Both the position numbers and the translations under genes were made by a program. DNA of 64,000 nucleotides from Trichoplax adhaerens (Eukaryota; Animalia; Placozoa), in the NCBI RefSeq assembly GCF_000150275.1, contig NW_002060943.1:6750299-6814298 (forward strand), read 5' to 3'. The notes beneath the pieces were generated by a model. The model worked only from the letters and a program-made list of their open reading frames with translations, was not told where the DNA came from and searched no databases. Positions 13,746 through 26,825 of this stretch are shown here, piece after piece. The number at the start of each line of letters is the position of its first letter. Position 1 is the stretch's first letter.

Positions 13746-14284
13746 TGAATGGATTACTGTCGTGTTGAGGAAGGGTTAACGGAATGAAAAATCAAGTAAA
13801 AAGACAGAGAAGTCTTTCAATGTTCATCGACACTGGCGGAATGGAAATTGTCAGGATTTTTTTCAAGGCCCAATGGCCGATTGATTTCTCCTTTCCTTAC
13901 AGTACACAATGTGTCTACAGTACACTGTGAAGTACATAATACTGTACAGTACTGTACTGTACGCTACTTCCGTGTTTAGGTCCATTACAGCGCCGGTACG
14001 GTACGGTATTGACGCCAGTCAAAAAGTATGCGGAAGTTGTCGCTTCAGTCTTTCCATTCAGACAGGCAGACAAGACAGCCGAAAGAAAGAAAGAAACAGG
14101 TTACAAACAAGATCGATGTCTGCTATACTCATAGTGTACACTATAGTGACTGTACACTGTCCAGTATCACTTAGTCAGGGTAAATGAGAAAACACAGAAG
14201 ATAAATAACCGTATCATACGGATGATACGGTACAGTACATTGTACAGTATTTTGTACAGTACATGTACTGTACTGTACACGACA

Positions 14285-14808
14285 GTACTGTAGTTAGTGA
14301 ATCGACGCAGTAAATACCAAACACGCAAGACCAATACTGTAAACTGTACTGTACTGTACTGTAGTTCGTGAATCGACGCAGTAAATCACAAACTCACAAG
14401 ACTAATACTGTAAACTGGATTATACGGCACTGCACTGATCATGCGCAAAGAATAAAAACATCTCCTTGAAGACCAATACTATAAACTGGATCATACTGCA
14501 CTGTACTGATCATGCGCAAAAAATAAAAACATCTCCTTTCGATGGCCGATTGGTCCGATACACAGAGTTAGTACTGTACTGTACGACACAGTACTGTACA
14601 GTACAGTACATACCAAACACGCAAGACCAATACAATACTGTAAACTGTATCATACAGTACTGTACTATACTGATCATGCGCAAAGAATAAAAACGTCTCC
14701 TTGAAGACCAATACTATAAACTGGATCATACTGCACTGTACTGATCGTGCGCAAAGAATAAAAACATCTCCTTTCGATGGCCGATTGGTCCGATACACAG
14801 ACTTAGTA
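14285..14808. repeat. Nested tandem repeat: ~70-bp units inside a ~235-bp higher-order duplication
   Basis: AAGACCAATACT(G/A)TAAACTGGATCATACTGCACTGTACTGATCATGCGCAAAGAATAAAAACATCTCCTT occurs about 4 times (~14398, 14469, 14623, 14704). GTGAATCGACGCAGTAAAT occurs twice at 71-bp spacing. 14473 aligns with 14708. Confidence 0.9.
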
Positions 14809-14891
14809 TCGTATCGCGTTTTCCTATCGAAAATACCAACCGGTCTGGGCTGTGAAATTAGACAGTAGTATTGAACAGTCCATTTTCCAAG

Positions 14892-16517
14892 ATGGCTTCA
14901 AGAAATCAAGGATTCGCCAATTATCCTGGCAGTCGTATTGGTAGCCACTTATTAAGAGATCATCCAATGCTTATTCATTTGTTAGCGCATGATCTAGATG
15001 CATACAATGTCGCTGTTAGTGATTGGCGCTCATTAGGAAGTCGGTTAGGACTGCCATTTGATGATATTATGTCCTACGAAAATTGCAAAAGTCCAACTAC
15101 TGCTATGCTAAGTGAATTATCGGTGCGATATTCTATAACTATTATTGATGTGGTGCGTGCCTGTCACGGAATTCATGCCAGCAAGGCTTTACGTACCTTA
15201 TGGGACTATGAGGAAGAATTACAAGGTAAGTGCTACCTCCAATATACTACATGATGTACAGTACAACCCTTTGGCCAAAAAAAAATACTTTCTATTATGA
15301 ATTATTATTATTATTTTCCAGCGTTCATTTGTCAAGTTCAGTTGAGTGAAATTTGTTGTTGATACAGAACGCGATACAATAGGACAGTATTACATGACAT
15401 TGTTGATAGGTTTATTTGCCTGATTGAATCGTTGGCTATTCCTTGTTCTTTCACACTGGTTAACATAATTTTCTCAAAGATTTCAAATTTTGCCCTTCCA
15501 TTTTATGAAATATCTCCGTTTACTCTACTTTTACTATTCATACGCGTATGTGTATTCATGACTCCACCATACCCTCTTCCTACCGTATCGGCGCCGTTGT
15601 CACGGACTGTATACTTTCATTGTATATACAGTAGCAATCACTTGGAGTCATTAAAACACTTACCCATGAATGACTGGAAAAGCAAGTGGAATGATCGTAC
15701 TTTCATTAGCAACAGTTTCGCCAATTTACATCAAACGTTATCAATCGGGCGTAGAAATTGTACAAGCGAGACACTGCAGTATATATCACTACTGTATATA
15801 CTAATGATACTCGGGGTTAATGAGGTTATAAAGGAAAAACGTCCAAGTAAAAATAGAGATAATTGCAGCTGCGACCTTCGTATTTCGCTATTTTGAATCA
15901 TACGGTACAAACAGTACAATCGACGGTGTGAATGGTGTGCTATAGTATTTGAATGTTCAACAACTGAAAAGGTTTATCTTTGTACTAATAAACGATTTCA
16001 TTTTGCAGAACCTGGCAAAACTATTATTATCATCGTTTATACGTATGACTGTGAATCGCCTGCACTTGGATTGAAAAACAATATTTGTCGCCAAACACAT
16101 GATCGTGTAGATGTTCGACCGTTGGTATACGATAACGGTTTTGCGCTTTATGACTCTAATCGAAGAATATGGGATATGGCTCAGACAATCATATTTATTT
16201 GTAGCGAAGAAAATCTCAAGCTTTACAGGGCTCATCACCCGTTGTATTACCTTTCTAAAATGCCTGCATCAAGCAATTCCGATTTACGTATACCTATGGA
16301 CAACGAAATGCACAGAAATAAAGGTCGTAATCCGCGTTTTTCTTTTGTACTTTGCAACGGAGTATGTCCGCAAGATTTTATGGAAGTTTTTGGTGTCAGG
16401 CACTATATCTTTTATTGGCAATCGGATACACTTATAAAAAACATTCATTCCATCGAAAACTATCAGGCCCCAGCAATAGGACCAATTGTGCAACCTAGAC
16501 AAATACAAGATTTCTAG
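14892..16517 (+). CDS. DEATH-SEFIR cytoplasmic adaptor B (linker-less, divergent SEFIR), ~280 aa; exons 14892-15225 and 16009-16517
   Basis: Exon 1 is a death domain (LIHLLAHDLD..DWRSLGSRLGLPFDDIMSYENCKSPTTAMLSEL..TIIDVVRAC) ending G|GTAAGT. Acceptor TTTTGCAG gives in-frame EPGKTIIIIVYTYD..AQTIIFICSEE..MDNEMHRNKGRNPRFSFVLC..HYIFYW..IENYQAPAIGP, a SEFIR-type pattern (NxRF strand, YxW, PxxGP tail). Confidence 0.75.
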
Positions 16518-18685
16518 GACTATCGGTCTCTTATTACTATCATAATATAAATATCAATTTATTTATGTGTTAACTAGATGTAAATTTCATGTGGGGTTTC
16601 TGCTAGTGTTGAATGATTCTATAGCGGATATGTGAAAACATGGGCTTGTGTTTATCAATAAATCAATCCATGATATATCCTGGAATAACATTAGCAGAGC
16701 TCATGCTAGCAATCAGGATTGAAGACAGTAGTCTTGTAGCTACTGTATATGTCTTATTTGGTTACGCTAAAGTATCTGTGTAAAATCTTTTCATGCTGGT
16801 CAATGATGGATTGATCATTTGATCACATATTCGCACGATCGTTATCGCCATTACGTCGAGATGGATGTGTAATCTTGAAACCTATATTTACTTTTACCAC
16901 TTTGAATGCAATTCTATCGCTATATCATGTAGTTGTGTTCAATGAAGGTATATAATATCTACGTATATGTATTGGTGTACTATATTGACCTATGTAATGA
17001 ATCACTAGCTACGATATACTTTGCGTTATTTCTCGCACTATCGTAGCACAAATTCGATCTAGAATAAAGTTGCTGCCATGAGGTGTAGTCAAAATTTGAG
17101 GGTGTTGTAAATCTTTTTCTATGGAATCATGCTAACTATATTCAGTTTCGTATTGTTGTATATATACATGTATACAGTAATGTGTTACAAAGGATTTCGC
17201 AAATGTTATCATGTTTCTTTGAAGCTATCCATAGTCTGTCTATACACTCGTATAATTAATTAATAACTATACGCATTCACTTGACTACATTTTGAATACC
17301 ACAAAGTGTTATTACTGAAGAAAGTTGAGTATTCGTAGTCTTGCATGGTCAGATTACAAGCGACCAGGGTCATGAGTGTAGACGTGAAGGCCATTCTTGG
17401 CTTAGCAATCTAAATGCAGTTTTTTTTGGGGGGGGGGGCTGTAGCTTTCTACACTCGTTGATTATTCAGCATTGGTTAACTTCAAGACGCTACAAAATAT
17501 CTCAATCATATAATGATATTATCATACAGAGTACTCTGTTATACACTGTACTGTGCTGTACAAGCCGGAGTAGTTGACCTAGTGTCCAGTATGCATAAAC
17601 GTATTTTATTTATTCCAGTATTTCTATTTGCTTTACCATGTTTCAACTGCATCAGAGACCAGTTGTTTCTAGTAATCCGCGATTGTATCCATCATAGGGA
17701 ATTACAGTCATATTTACTACTGCACTATTAGCAAATATTGTGCTGACTGCTGTAGTATCGTTGTAGTGCTTGGGTTTTACAACCCCTTCGGTTCGCAATC
17801 GTCTTACTCAAAATCCTTTCATCATCAACAATCATGAAATTACCTTATAAGTATAGCATAGTAGACTATTCTATTTCTTAATATGTGATGGAGGGTTCGA
17901 AGAATCAGCGTCTGCGGACTTCATAACCATTCACAGAAAATATGCAAGGGATTTTAATAAAGTTGATTACTTTATTGTAGATAGTAATGGAGGTACGATG
18001 CGGTAGTTACGGTAGATCAGCGTTGAAGCTGTCGTGAAGTAACGTGAGAAAGTACTCCTACTACGAGTAGTGCAACTGAACAACTCTGAGGCAGAAATCA
18101 TCAGTATTTATAGCATTAGAGAGAGAAAACATGCAGAGAACAGTATTGTAGAATTAGACTCATCATAGATCATAAACAGGCTATATAATAGTCAATAATT
18201 GTAGGAAATAGCAAAGACTGTAGGTGCTATAAATAACTGAACATGACAAGTTATATTTGAGCATCGTTGAAATAGACTGTAGAGGTATTATATTGGGAGC
18301 ATAACAAAATGTCTACTGTATATTTACGAACATGTCTAAAAACTACAGTGAAACTAAATACACTACATAATGCTACCATACGTCAATTACTACTGTTATT
18401 AGCCGAAACTACTATAATCGTTTATTAAATTGACTACTGTCCTAAACTATCAACGACTAGAAATGAGAAGTAATTTCTAGTAATATTTGTAGTAATCCAT
18501 AGGCGAACTGTACGGTGTCCAACTTGTGTAAAACATATGTCGTGAATTGAGTGGTCATTGGCTTTATAATGTAGACATTTTACTGCAGATTACCAGACAT
18601 TAGCCATTGGAGAAATCCGTCCCTTTTCCATCCCTTCGATTTTTATACTGTACCCTACCAATAACTATGACAGTCACTGCCAAGT

Positions 18686-18793
18686 CATACTGTACTGTAC
18701 GACCTGTGTTATTACGGTACTGTAACGTTCAGTACAGTGCTACAGTACAGCCTTACACTGTACTGTACACTGTACAGTGTACAGTACTGTACA
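18686..18793. repeat. TACTG/CAGTA pentamer array containing a perfect 28-bp palindrome, upstream of the ANKS1-like gene
   Basis: GTACTGTACACTGTACAGTGTACAGTAC at 18760-18787 equals its own reverse complement. Confidence 0.9.
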
Positions 18794-18930
18794 ATATTGA
18801 AAGTCCCTCTTTCCGTACCGTACCAAACCCAACGTTGAAGGCGTTGCCGATAACGTCCTGTTTGAGGTTGGTTAACAGTGCGTACTTTCCGGCTTAGAGC
18901 CTTGTCAAAAGTTCAAGTTAATGGTGGAAA

Positions 18931-21900
18931 ATGTTGTCGTTCAAAAATAAAAATACCAAGGATTCATTATTGAAAGCTGCTCGCGAAAATGATGTCAAAC
19001 GCTTTATCGAATTATTGGATAAGCGATCTTTGAGGTAAATTCCATCAATGATCTTCATCATTGTCCATTTCAAAACATCATGGATATTGTTGTATGGTAC
19101 TTGTATTACTATTTTGTCATTGAATGTGTCGCAGTTTTATGCCGCAGATACGACATCGCCTTTCCATTCAAATGACTTTTCAATTTATACATAGGAATCA
19201 ATCGTGATATTATTTGCTTTGAATAGATGATATTAGATTGGCAGAAAAGACATTGATTAACACTATAAATGGATTAATTAGTCGTGCGGTCGATCAATGG
19301 ATAGCAAAAATGATTCAAATGTTAATTTGATCTCAGGCTAGTGGTGACCAATCCCTACTGTACAGTAGAAGGACTAAATTACTGGGGTTGGTCAATACTG
19401 CCATGATGATAATCTTTTCTAATTTCTACTTACTCTATTTTACAGTACATTACTATCAGTATAGGCATAGCATATAATAGAAAATAGTTCAACTTTCTCC
19501 ATTACTTTCAATCGCATGAATTACTTGTTTTCGTTGAAAGACTGTATTGGACTACTGCTTATATCACATACGCTACATTGATTATCGGCTTAACCTTCAT
19601 AACGACAGCAACATAACGTATATATATATATATACATATATGTACTGTAAGTGATGGAAGGGAACTACAGGACACTGAACAACATAGTACTCTGCAATGC
19701 TTGGAAATAGCCCAATAAACAAGATGATCCTTTCTTCAGAAATTTCAATTCTACTTATTTCATATCTTTACCCTAATAAAATTCATCAATTTGCCTGCGG
19801 GGGTTGTGACGTGAACGTAGACTGTAAAGTATCAATCTAAACAGCACAATTGATTGAAGAACGAATGGATTTTACATTTTTTTTTATTTTATATTCATCA
19901 TTGGATGGTCGGGTTAGCTGCATGCCTGTAGTTATCTATTTTATTGCAGTTATTTTCTTGACTAAATTTGACCAAGTTTACTCTTTCTCTATCAACAATC
20001 AATATAGAGTAGCATGCATTACAAAGCAATAAATCATCATCTTATGACACTTGTTTTACGTCGTACGTTGAGCACAGCAGTGTTTTACTTCCGGCTTTAC
20101 GAATGGATCAGTTAGATATCGATAGAATACGGTATATCGTATGTATAAGTTAATTGTTGACTTCCCTTTAATCATAGCATCATAACTTTTCTGTTACAGT
20201 AAGGAAGAGCTACAAAAGTACTGGGGAATCAATGGCAATACACCTTTACATCAAGCTGTTATTGAAAATAATTGGTAAGACAATTTTCTTGGAATAGAAA
20301 AAGTTTTACTTTCAAATGTTACGTAACATTGTGTTAAGTTATCGCTGGTGAAATTTTCATGCGCATTAACATGAACTTACGAGTTTCTCTAAATGTTGTG
20401 ATACTCGTATTACTTGCAGTCAGTAATTAAGAGTATACCGAAATTGAATATTATTATAAAATGAGAATATCATGAAATTAAAGTCCTGAACTCTGGCTCC
20501 AGAAAGTACGGTATAATGAGTACTTTACGCGGCGACACTGTGTATATGTCGAGCGAAATGGAAACCATAGATCAACCAGTACTGTACACAGTTGTAGATG
20601 ATACCGAATTGTACTCCAGAGCTATAATCTACTAAAAATATATAAATCGTTTACGATAATATCATCGAATAAATTCAGCTTTCGGCTATTAATGATGAAG
20701 CATACTGCCGTTAATCTGCAACGATCCTTCCATTAAAAATCTTAGAGATTTTGTGTCTTACGCATTCAAATACGAATTATAATATAATAATCAGATAAAA
20801 CTCCCACGCTGCATTAATATACTATGCATGTATGTACAATACTGTACATTAATGTCCGATGCGCTAAAGGATTAAACAGTAAAGTGTTCTAATTTCAATA
20901 TTCTAATAATTCGTCGATCTTAAATTACTTCCAGTAAGCACTGAAATAGTTGTTGGGTAAAAACTCCTTGTAGATCAAACAACAGCAATAAACCTGCAAT
21001 TATATTACTTATTAGTTAATTACTGTACATTTCGTACTTTGTTTATTTAACGGTTACTGTATCTAAAAACGATACAGTAGTACACATACTGCTACTAGTA
21101 CGACTATCTTTAAAAGTTAATTAGTATCTTGCTAGATAGCACATCTTAGAAACTCGATCAATCTTCAATACAGTTTAACCTACAATATAGATATATTTAT
21201 TCTTAACAGTGTAGCTGTTGAAATATTGCTCGCTAAACATTTTGAAGTAACGAAAGAAAACTCACAAGGTAAATGCAACTAGTAACTAATACACTATGAT
21301 ACAAACTTTCATTGATAGCTATAGTAAATATATAATTGACTAGTTTGTGCGTGCATAAATTGTCCTTGTAAAGCTTCATTCAATAAAATATTTAAATTAC
21401 AAATAACATTGTTGGTTACTCTATTCATTAATGAATGATAAATGTTTGATAACAGTCATTGACTAAAGTAAGTGATGCCCGTAGTGGAAGCTACTCTGTT
21501 GCGGTGTTGTGCCCCGTTTATGCTTGTATTGAATCTACTAGTAATTAAAGTTAGAATGTTTTGCATTTCGTTGCGATATTAGTACAGCTGCAATGTACCA
21601 TGGTTATTAGGGGGAATTTCGTCATTTTAAATACATTTAATTGTACTGTGACTTATATTGCAATATAGGTTACTGTCCAATTCATTTGGCTGCACTATTT
21701 GGTCATGCTGAAGTTGCGGAAGCTGTAATCAAGGACGACCCATTACAAGTATCAGTGAAGGTAATGTTAGTTGTGTTATCTTGCAAGTTGCAACTGGATG
21801 TACCACAAAAATAAATCAGCGTAACCCTTACTTTAGAATCAGTAAGATTATATTATAGTGATCTTTAGGCTCAATATGAATACAGTGTAAATAGTATATT

Positions 21901-24900
21901 TACTTTAAAATTAGTTCATTGACAAGGTATTAAATTAAACTTTTGCTGATTATTTTAAATTAACAGTTGATTTTTACTACGATATCCTTTTAATCTAATC
22001 TATATTTTAACCATAATTTTGATTTATATCCTGCTGATATATTTTTACTTTATTAGACTCGTGACGGAAACTCTGCATTACACATTTGCATTCAAAGTCG
22101 GAAATATAAAATGATTAAGCTACTTACAAAAGTATGTTTCTTTACTCATAATATCTGTAGTATAAGTACAACCTGCCTACAATATGCTAACTGACCATGT
22201 TGTTGTTAACAATTTTAGTAAATGTTATTTAACTATTATCAATTATGGTCATCGCGAAATCTGTATGATTCAAACATTAAAAATGAAAATTAAGTCATCC
22301 AGTATCACTACAAAACCTTTGGCCGATTTAACATTTTGCCCAATATCTACGTTTATTATTAATTTCATGCATATATTAATCTACTAAACAGTACGATATA
22401 GATACCAGTATTCAAAATTCTACTGGAAAGACCGCTTTGGATATGGCGGCAGAAGCTGGCGATAAATTTGCTGTAAGATGAACCTTAAACATACGTATAA
22501 ATGTCGTTTACATGCCCTGGAATTTCTTATTGGAAGCAGTAAGCATAATAATAGGAACAAATTTTGTTAAAAAAAGGTTGAAGCTCTGTTGTCGTCTTTG
22601 CAAGAAGATGTTCTGCCTGCTTATTCTACGTCATTATTCTATGCTGCAAGCAATAATCAGTTAGCAATATTAGATATTCTCTTGAAAGCTAAATTGCATA
22701 TAAACTACAAGGTTTGTATTTGTAAAATTTTTATCAGTGTTTATCTAATTAATATAATCTATCAGAATAAGTAAATAACTTTTCATCTTTCTTATTTAGA
22801 CTCAAGAGGGAAGCTGTTTACATGCTGCTGTTAAAGCTGGCCACAAAGATGCTGTCAAACGAATACTTGAACAAGGTGATAGTCATAATAACTATGCTTT
22901 TGCTGTTCAAATACTAGAATTTGAAGATTATTTTTCACAATAGATGTTGATCTGGACGTGACTAATGCATCTGGTGAAACTGTTGAACAATGTTTGGCTG
23001 GACGAGAAAATATGGATGACATAATGGAAATGATTGCAGGTTCTAGTTTAACAATTATCTACTACTTGGACTGTAAAGTAAACAACTTCGACAGATTGAG
23101 TTCTCGATTAATTATTCTTTGTTACTTTATTTTTAAAAGATTATAGAAATCGTTCGAATCAGGATAACTCGTCCATAGACGAGCAGGAATCGCTGAGAAA
23201 AGATCAACAGTTTTTAAACGCTGATGCAATTTTTATGTCCCAAAATGTTGCAGCTAACTCGGCGAGTGTATTTGGTGCGAATGACCCATTTCAAAGTAGT
23301 ACATTCAATCCTAGAGATCCATTTAGTTCAGCAACTAACACCGAAGTATCTACTCTTTCTCATCAAGATCCATTTGCCTCGACCACCGTTCAGTCTAGTA
23401 ATCACTTTGATAACAATTTTCAGATTAACAGAAGTGATAGTTATAATCAGAGTAATTTTATGTTGCCAAATTACGAAAAATCAGTCACCACTTCGCCGGA
23501 AGAAAATTTTACTAACGATTTTAGCTCACTTACCGCAGTCACGTCTGTTGGTACCGCATCTCGTTATAGTAACTACGACAAAATTGTCTTATCTAATAAG
23601 AAACCAGACAATTTCGGCCTGAAAGTAGATACAACTGACTCTGGCAAAGGACAGTATAGTAAGGTAGATCCGATTAGTGGAGTTAACATCTCTCAAATTT
23701 TCAAAGCTTCGTCTGCAGCGATTGAGAAAGACGTCACCACGAAAGGTAATTCCAATAGCTCCGTATCATCATCCTCTCATAATTTAAGCCATTTTAATGA
23801 ACTAAGAATTGATAAAGTCGATCTCAGAGACAATATAACGGTGGCATCCGGGAATTACGATATGTTGCCTCCAAGAGCTGATGAATCCGATAGCAGTTCA
23901 TCTCATTTTTCCAATTTAAACATTGGCTCAAATTTTTCTCAAGTACCAAAAGGTTCAAATGGAGCTACGACTGCTAGTAAAGTTTCTGATTCGCAATCAA
24001 ATAATAATCTACTAATAGGAAAAGGTCAAGAATCTAATGTTGGAAACTCCAGCAGTCGCACTGACGCTACTCTTAATGCCGTTCGTAAGATGACTCAAGA
24101 AGAGAAAGAAATAGAATTATTGAGATTAATGAGTAAGCCACCACCACCAAAACCACCGAGAAGAAATATGACCAGTTTGAAAAGTTCTGAATCAAATTTA
24201 ACGAATCAAAATAAAAGTAATCGGCCTCCTCAATATCCTGCACCCACATTAAAACCGAAGATTCCATCGAGATCGATGGAAGGTCCAAAAATAACGGCAC
24301 CGTCAACAAGTGGAAGCTGGTCTACGGTACTATTGCTGCATAATTTTCGTTACCATTAATTAATTATGTTATCGTAATCTCTGAAATGATACTTATTAAC
24401 GGCTATATTATGAAAATTATTAACCGCTATTAACAAATAAGTTAATTTATCACTAGATTCAAGAAAATATGGATAACACGATCGATTTTATTAATTTCGA
24501 AATTGCCTCGATAAAGAATCAAAGTATGAATGATCGTAAGCTGGACAGTATATACGGCAAATGTAGTTTATAAAGTTAATGTTAAGTATTATGATGTAGA
24601 TATTTTGGTATTAAATTGTTTGATGTATATAGATATGAAACCCAGCGAAAATATCCCTCAAAGTGTACTTACTTGGCTTCAATCAATTGGATACCCCCAA
24701 TATCAACAAAATTTTATCAAGCATGGATTTGATGATATCCAATACTTGGTTAGTAACACATAAATGAGAACGGACGTGTTATGCAGCTTTAATTAAAACT
24801 GTATTTTAGCCTAGATTATAAACATGATTTCTTATGTACGCGTACGTAGGGTGGAAAAATTTTGACGGACCGTGAATTGCTTCAAATTGGCATTGAGGAC

Positions 24901-25387
24901 GAAAATCATCGAAGGTATCAAACCAATAGAATTCAGTTACTCATTTATTGGTATTGTATGCGTTTTAATGATAGTAACGATATGTTTATATATATTATAT
25001 ACTACGGTAGATTTCTATTGAGGGAGATTGACAAACTTCCAGTTGCCCATAAACTAACGCAAATAACTAAATCGAATTCATTAATGGAATGGCTTGAAAC
25101 AATTAATCTGGAAAGTTACCTATCACGTTTTCAACAGCATGGATTTCTCACTATTAAGGATGTAGTCGATGTTAACGATTTTAACCTTACCCAAGTAAGT
25201 ATCAGTATGTATGGTCTAATGTTTTAATTCAAATTGCTCAAATAAAAGCGAGTATGAAATTTTTATGTAATTGCTTGAATAATAGATTTTGGATATTGCC
25301 TCCATTGGCCATCGTCGGAGAATGTTGTTATCGTTAGAGCAATTTAAAAGAAAGCCTAGTTTACCTGATGCAAATTTAATGCATTAA
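18931..25387 (+). CDS. Ankyrin repeat and tandem SAM domain protein, ANKS1/Odin-like, lacking the C-terminal PTB
   Basis: N-terminus SLLKAARENDVKRFIELL; ankyrin exons GNTPLHQAV, GYCPIHLAALFGH, GNSALHICI, GKTALDMAA, GSCLHAAVKAGH; long S/N-rich exon; SAM1 SVLTWLQSIGYPQYQQNFIKHGFDDIQYL..LLQIGIEDENHRR; SAM2 SLMEWLETINLESY..GHRRRMLLSL; stop TAA at 25385-25387. Confidence 0.85.
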
Positions 25388-26825
25388 TTTTAAACTCTTA
25401 ATTAATGAGTAATGGCATAGGGTTCATTGTTATGTATAGAATATCAGTTATCAAGATTGTGCTTCTTTCAGTTTTGTTGGCTTTGGACCTTTCGTATTTA
25501 TCTTTCGCTGCTTTTTCAACCCCTTTAATGACTGTTTAATTTAACTGTCAAGTACTGTAGTTTGTAAGATTTTATGTTAAATTTTCTATTAATACGCAAA
25601 TTATATCTGAATATTACATTTTTAACTGGTACTTGAGTGTAAAATAGTCTTTTATACCGTCCTTTTATACTAATGAGCTGTATTACAGTTATACTTTTGA
25701 CTCTCATCTTCCACTAGCTATAAATTCTGTCACTCGTACCACATATTATTATACAGCATAGCCGCAAAGGCATATCTTTGAATTGACGTATAATTCATTA
25801 TCTAATCAAAATATCTCAATAAGCAGCTAATTACTAAACTAAATGACTTATTTTTGTTTGACTCAAGTTACACGTTTCATAGATGTATTCTATAGGCACG
25901 GTGTATTTTCAATTGTAGTAACATAAACTTAAAACAAGAGAGTCACTCTTAACTTATTTGACAAATTTATGTTGTTAAATGGCTTCGTTGGTGTTAATTA
26001 TCTTACATTACATTTTACGAAACGAATGCAGATGTTGAGGTCGCTGCAGAATGAGTAAAAAAGTTATGGTAATTACCGAAATGACAATAATTATAACTTA
26101 GGATTGCAATACTAAAAGCTACCAATGTACTGTATATATTTTGTTGTATATGTACGTATAAACCATGCCGACCACGAAATTTTGGCAAGGATCAAAAACT
26201 TGACATGCTTTATCTATCGCATTTTTGTAACATTTTCTGACTGGTAGCCTTTCGTTAAATAAATGAAAGTGATTTGTCGAATAAAGTATATGCAGTATTG
26301 GACAACTACATTGTAGTATTTATAATGAATCCGCGTATAATTAAGTGCCGGCTTAGAAAAGGAGGTTATAAATATATATTGTAGATCAAGATATCCAAGC
26401 TTCTTTGTACAATCGGTCAGTCGTAGACTGATTAAACGTTAGCTTACAACTACAGGTGTCTGTTTACATTAATCAGGAATGTCTGGCTTACAGTACCTTC
26501 ATAATAGTGACAATTAATACGACAAAAGTATCAGCTAGAGAACCTGTAATTATCCAGTTAGTTAAGTTGAAATAAAATTAAATTACGAAAACATTAGAGC
26601 AGTGTCATTGGGTAAATAATTTATACGCCCGTTATAGGGGCTACTAAAAGAAAAACGTCAATTCACGTTTGCAAAGTATCATACAACAATGAGTGAGAAA
26701 CAAGTATACAAGTATCATAGTACCTACACATTCAAAGTTAGTGGAAACACAGTATCTCAAATAAAATATTTCTATTACAGAGAGAACATAACCTTTTTAA
26801 AACTAGATAGCATAGAAATAAAATA

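Larger units (their letters stand above)
13617..14891. promoter_or_regulatory. Probable bidirectional promoter and 5' UTRs between the divergent DEATH-SEFIR genes
   Basis: The ATGs at 13616 (-) and 14892 (+) point away from each other. CCAAT at 13870, 14331, 14473, 14627 and 14708; reverse NF-Y-consensus CCGATTGGTCC at ~14546 and ~14781; ETS cores ACTTCCG 13966 and CGGAAGT 14031; repeated TGCGCA; YY1-like CAAGATGGC 14888-14896 over the start codon. Confidence 0.65.

Noticed and set aside
13909-14798. Short Tyr/Cys/Thr/Val-rich ORFs (also 18607-18897 and 28879-29184)
   Set aside because: Translations of TACTG/CAGTA repeats, which lack stop codons.
14285-14808. CRISPR-like array
   Set aside because: Units repeat along their whole length with no unique spacers, there are no cas genes, and the context is a spliced eukaryotic genome.
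13617-14891. NF-kB sites in the DEATH-SEFIR promoter
   Set aside because: I found no good GGGRNNYYCC match; short GGAAA cores are too common in AT-rich DNA to be informative.
15432-15896. 154-aa ORF inside the intron of adaptor B
   Set aside because: TTG start, no recognisable domain, and no phase-1 acceptor/donor pair that would include it in frame.
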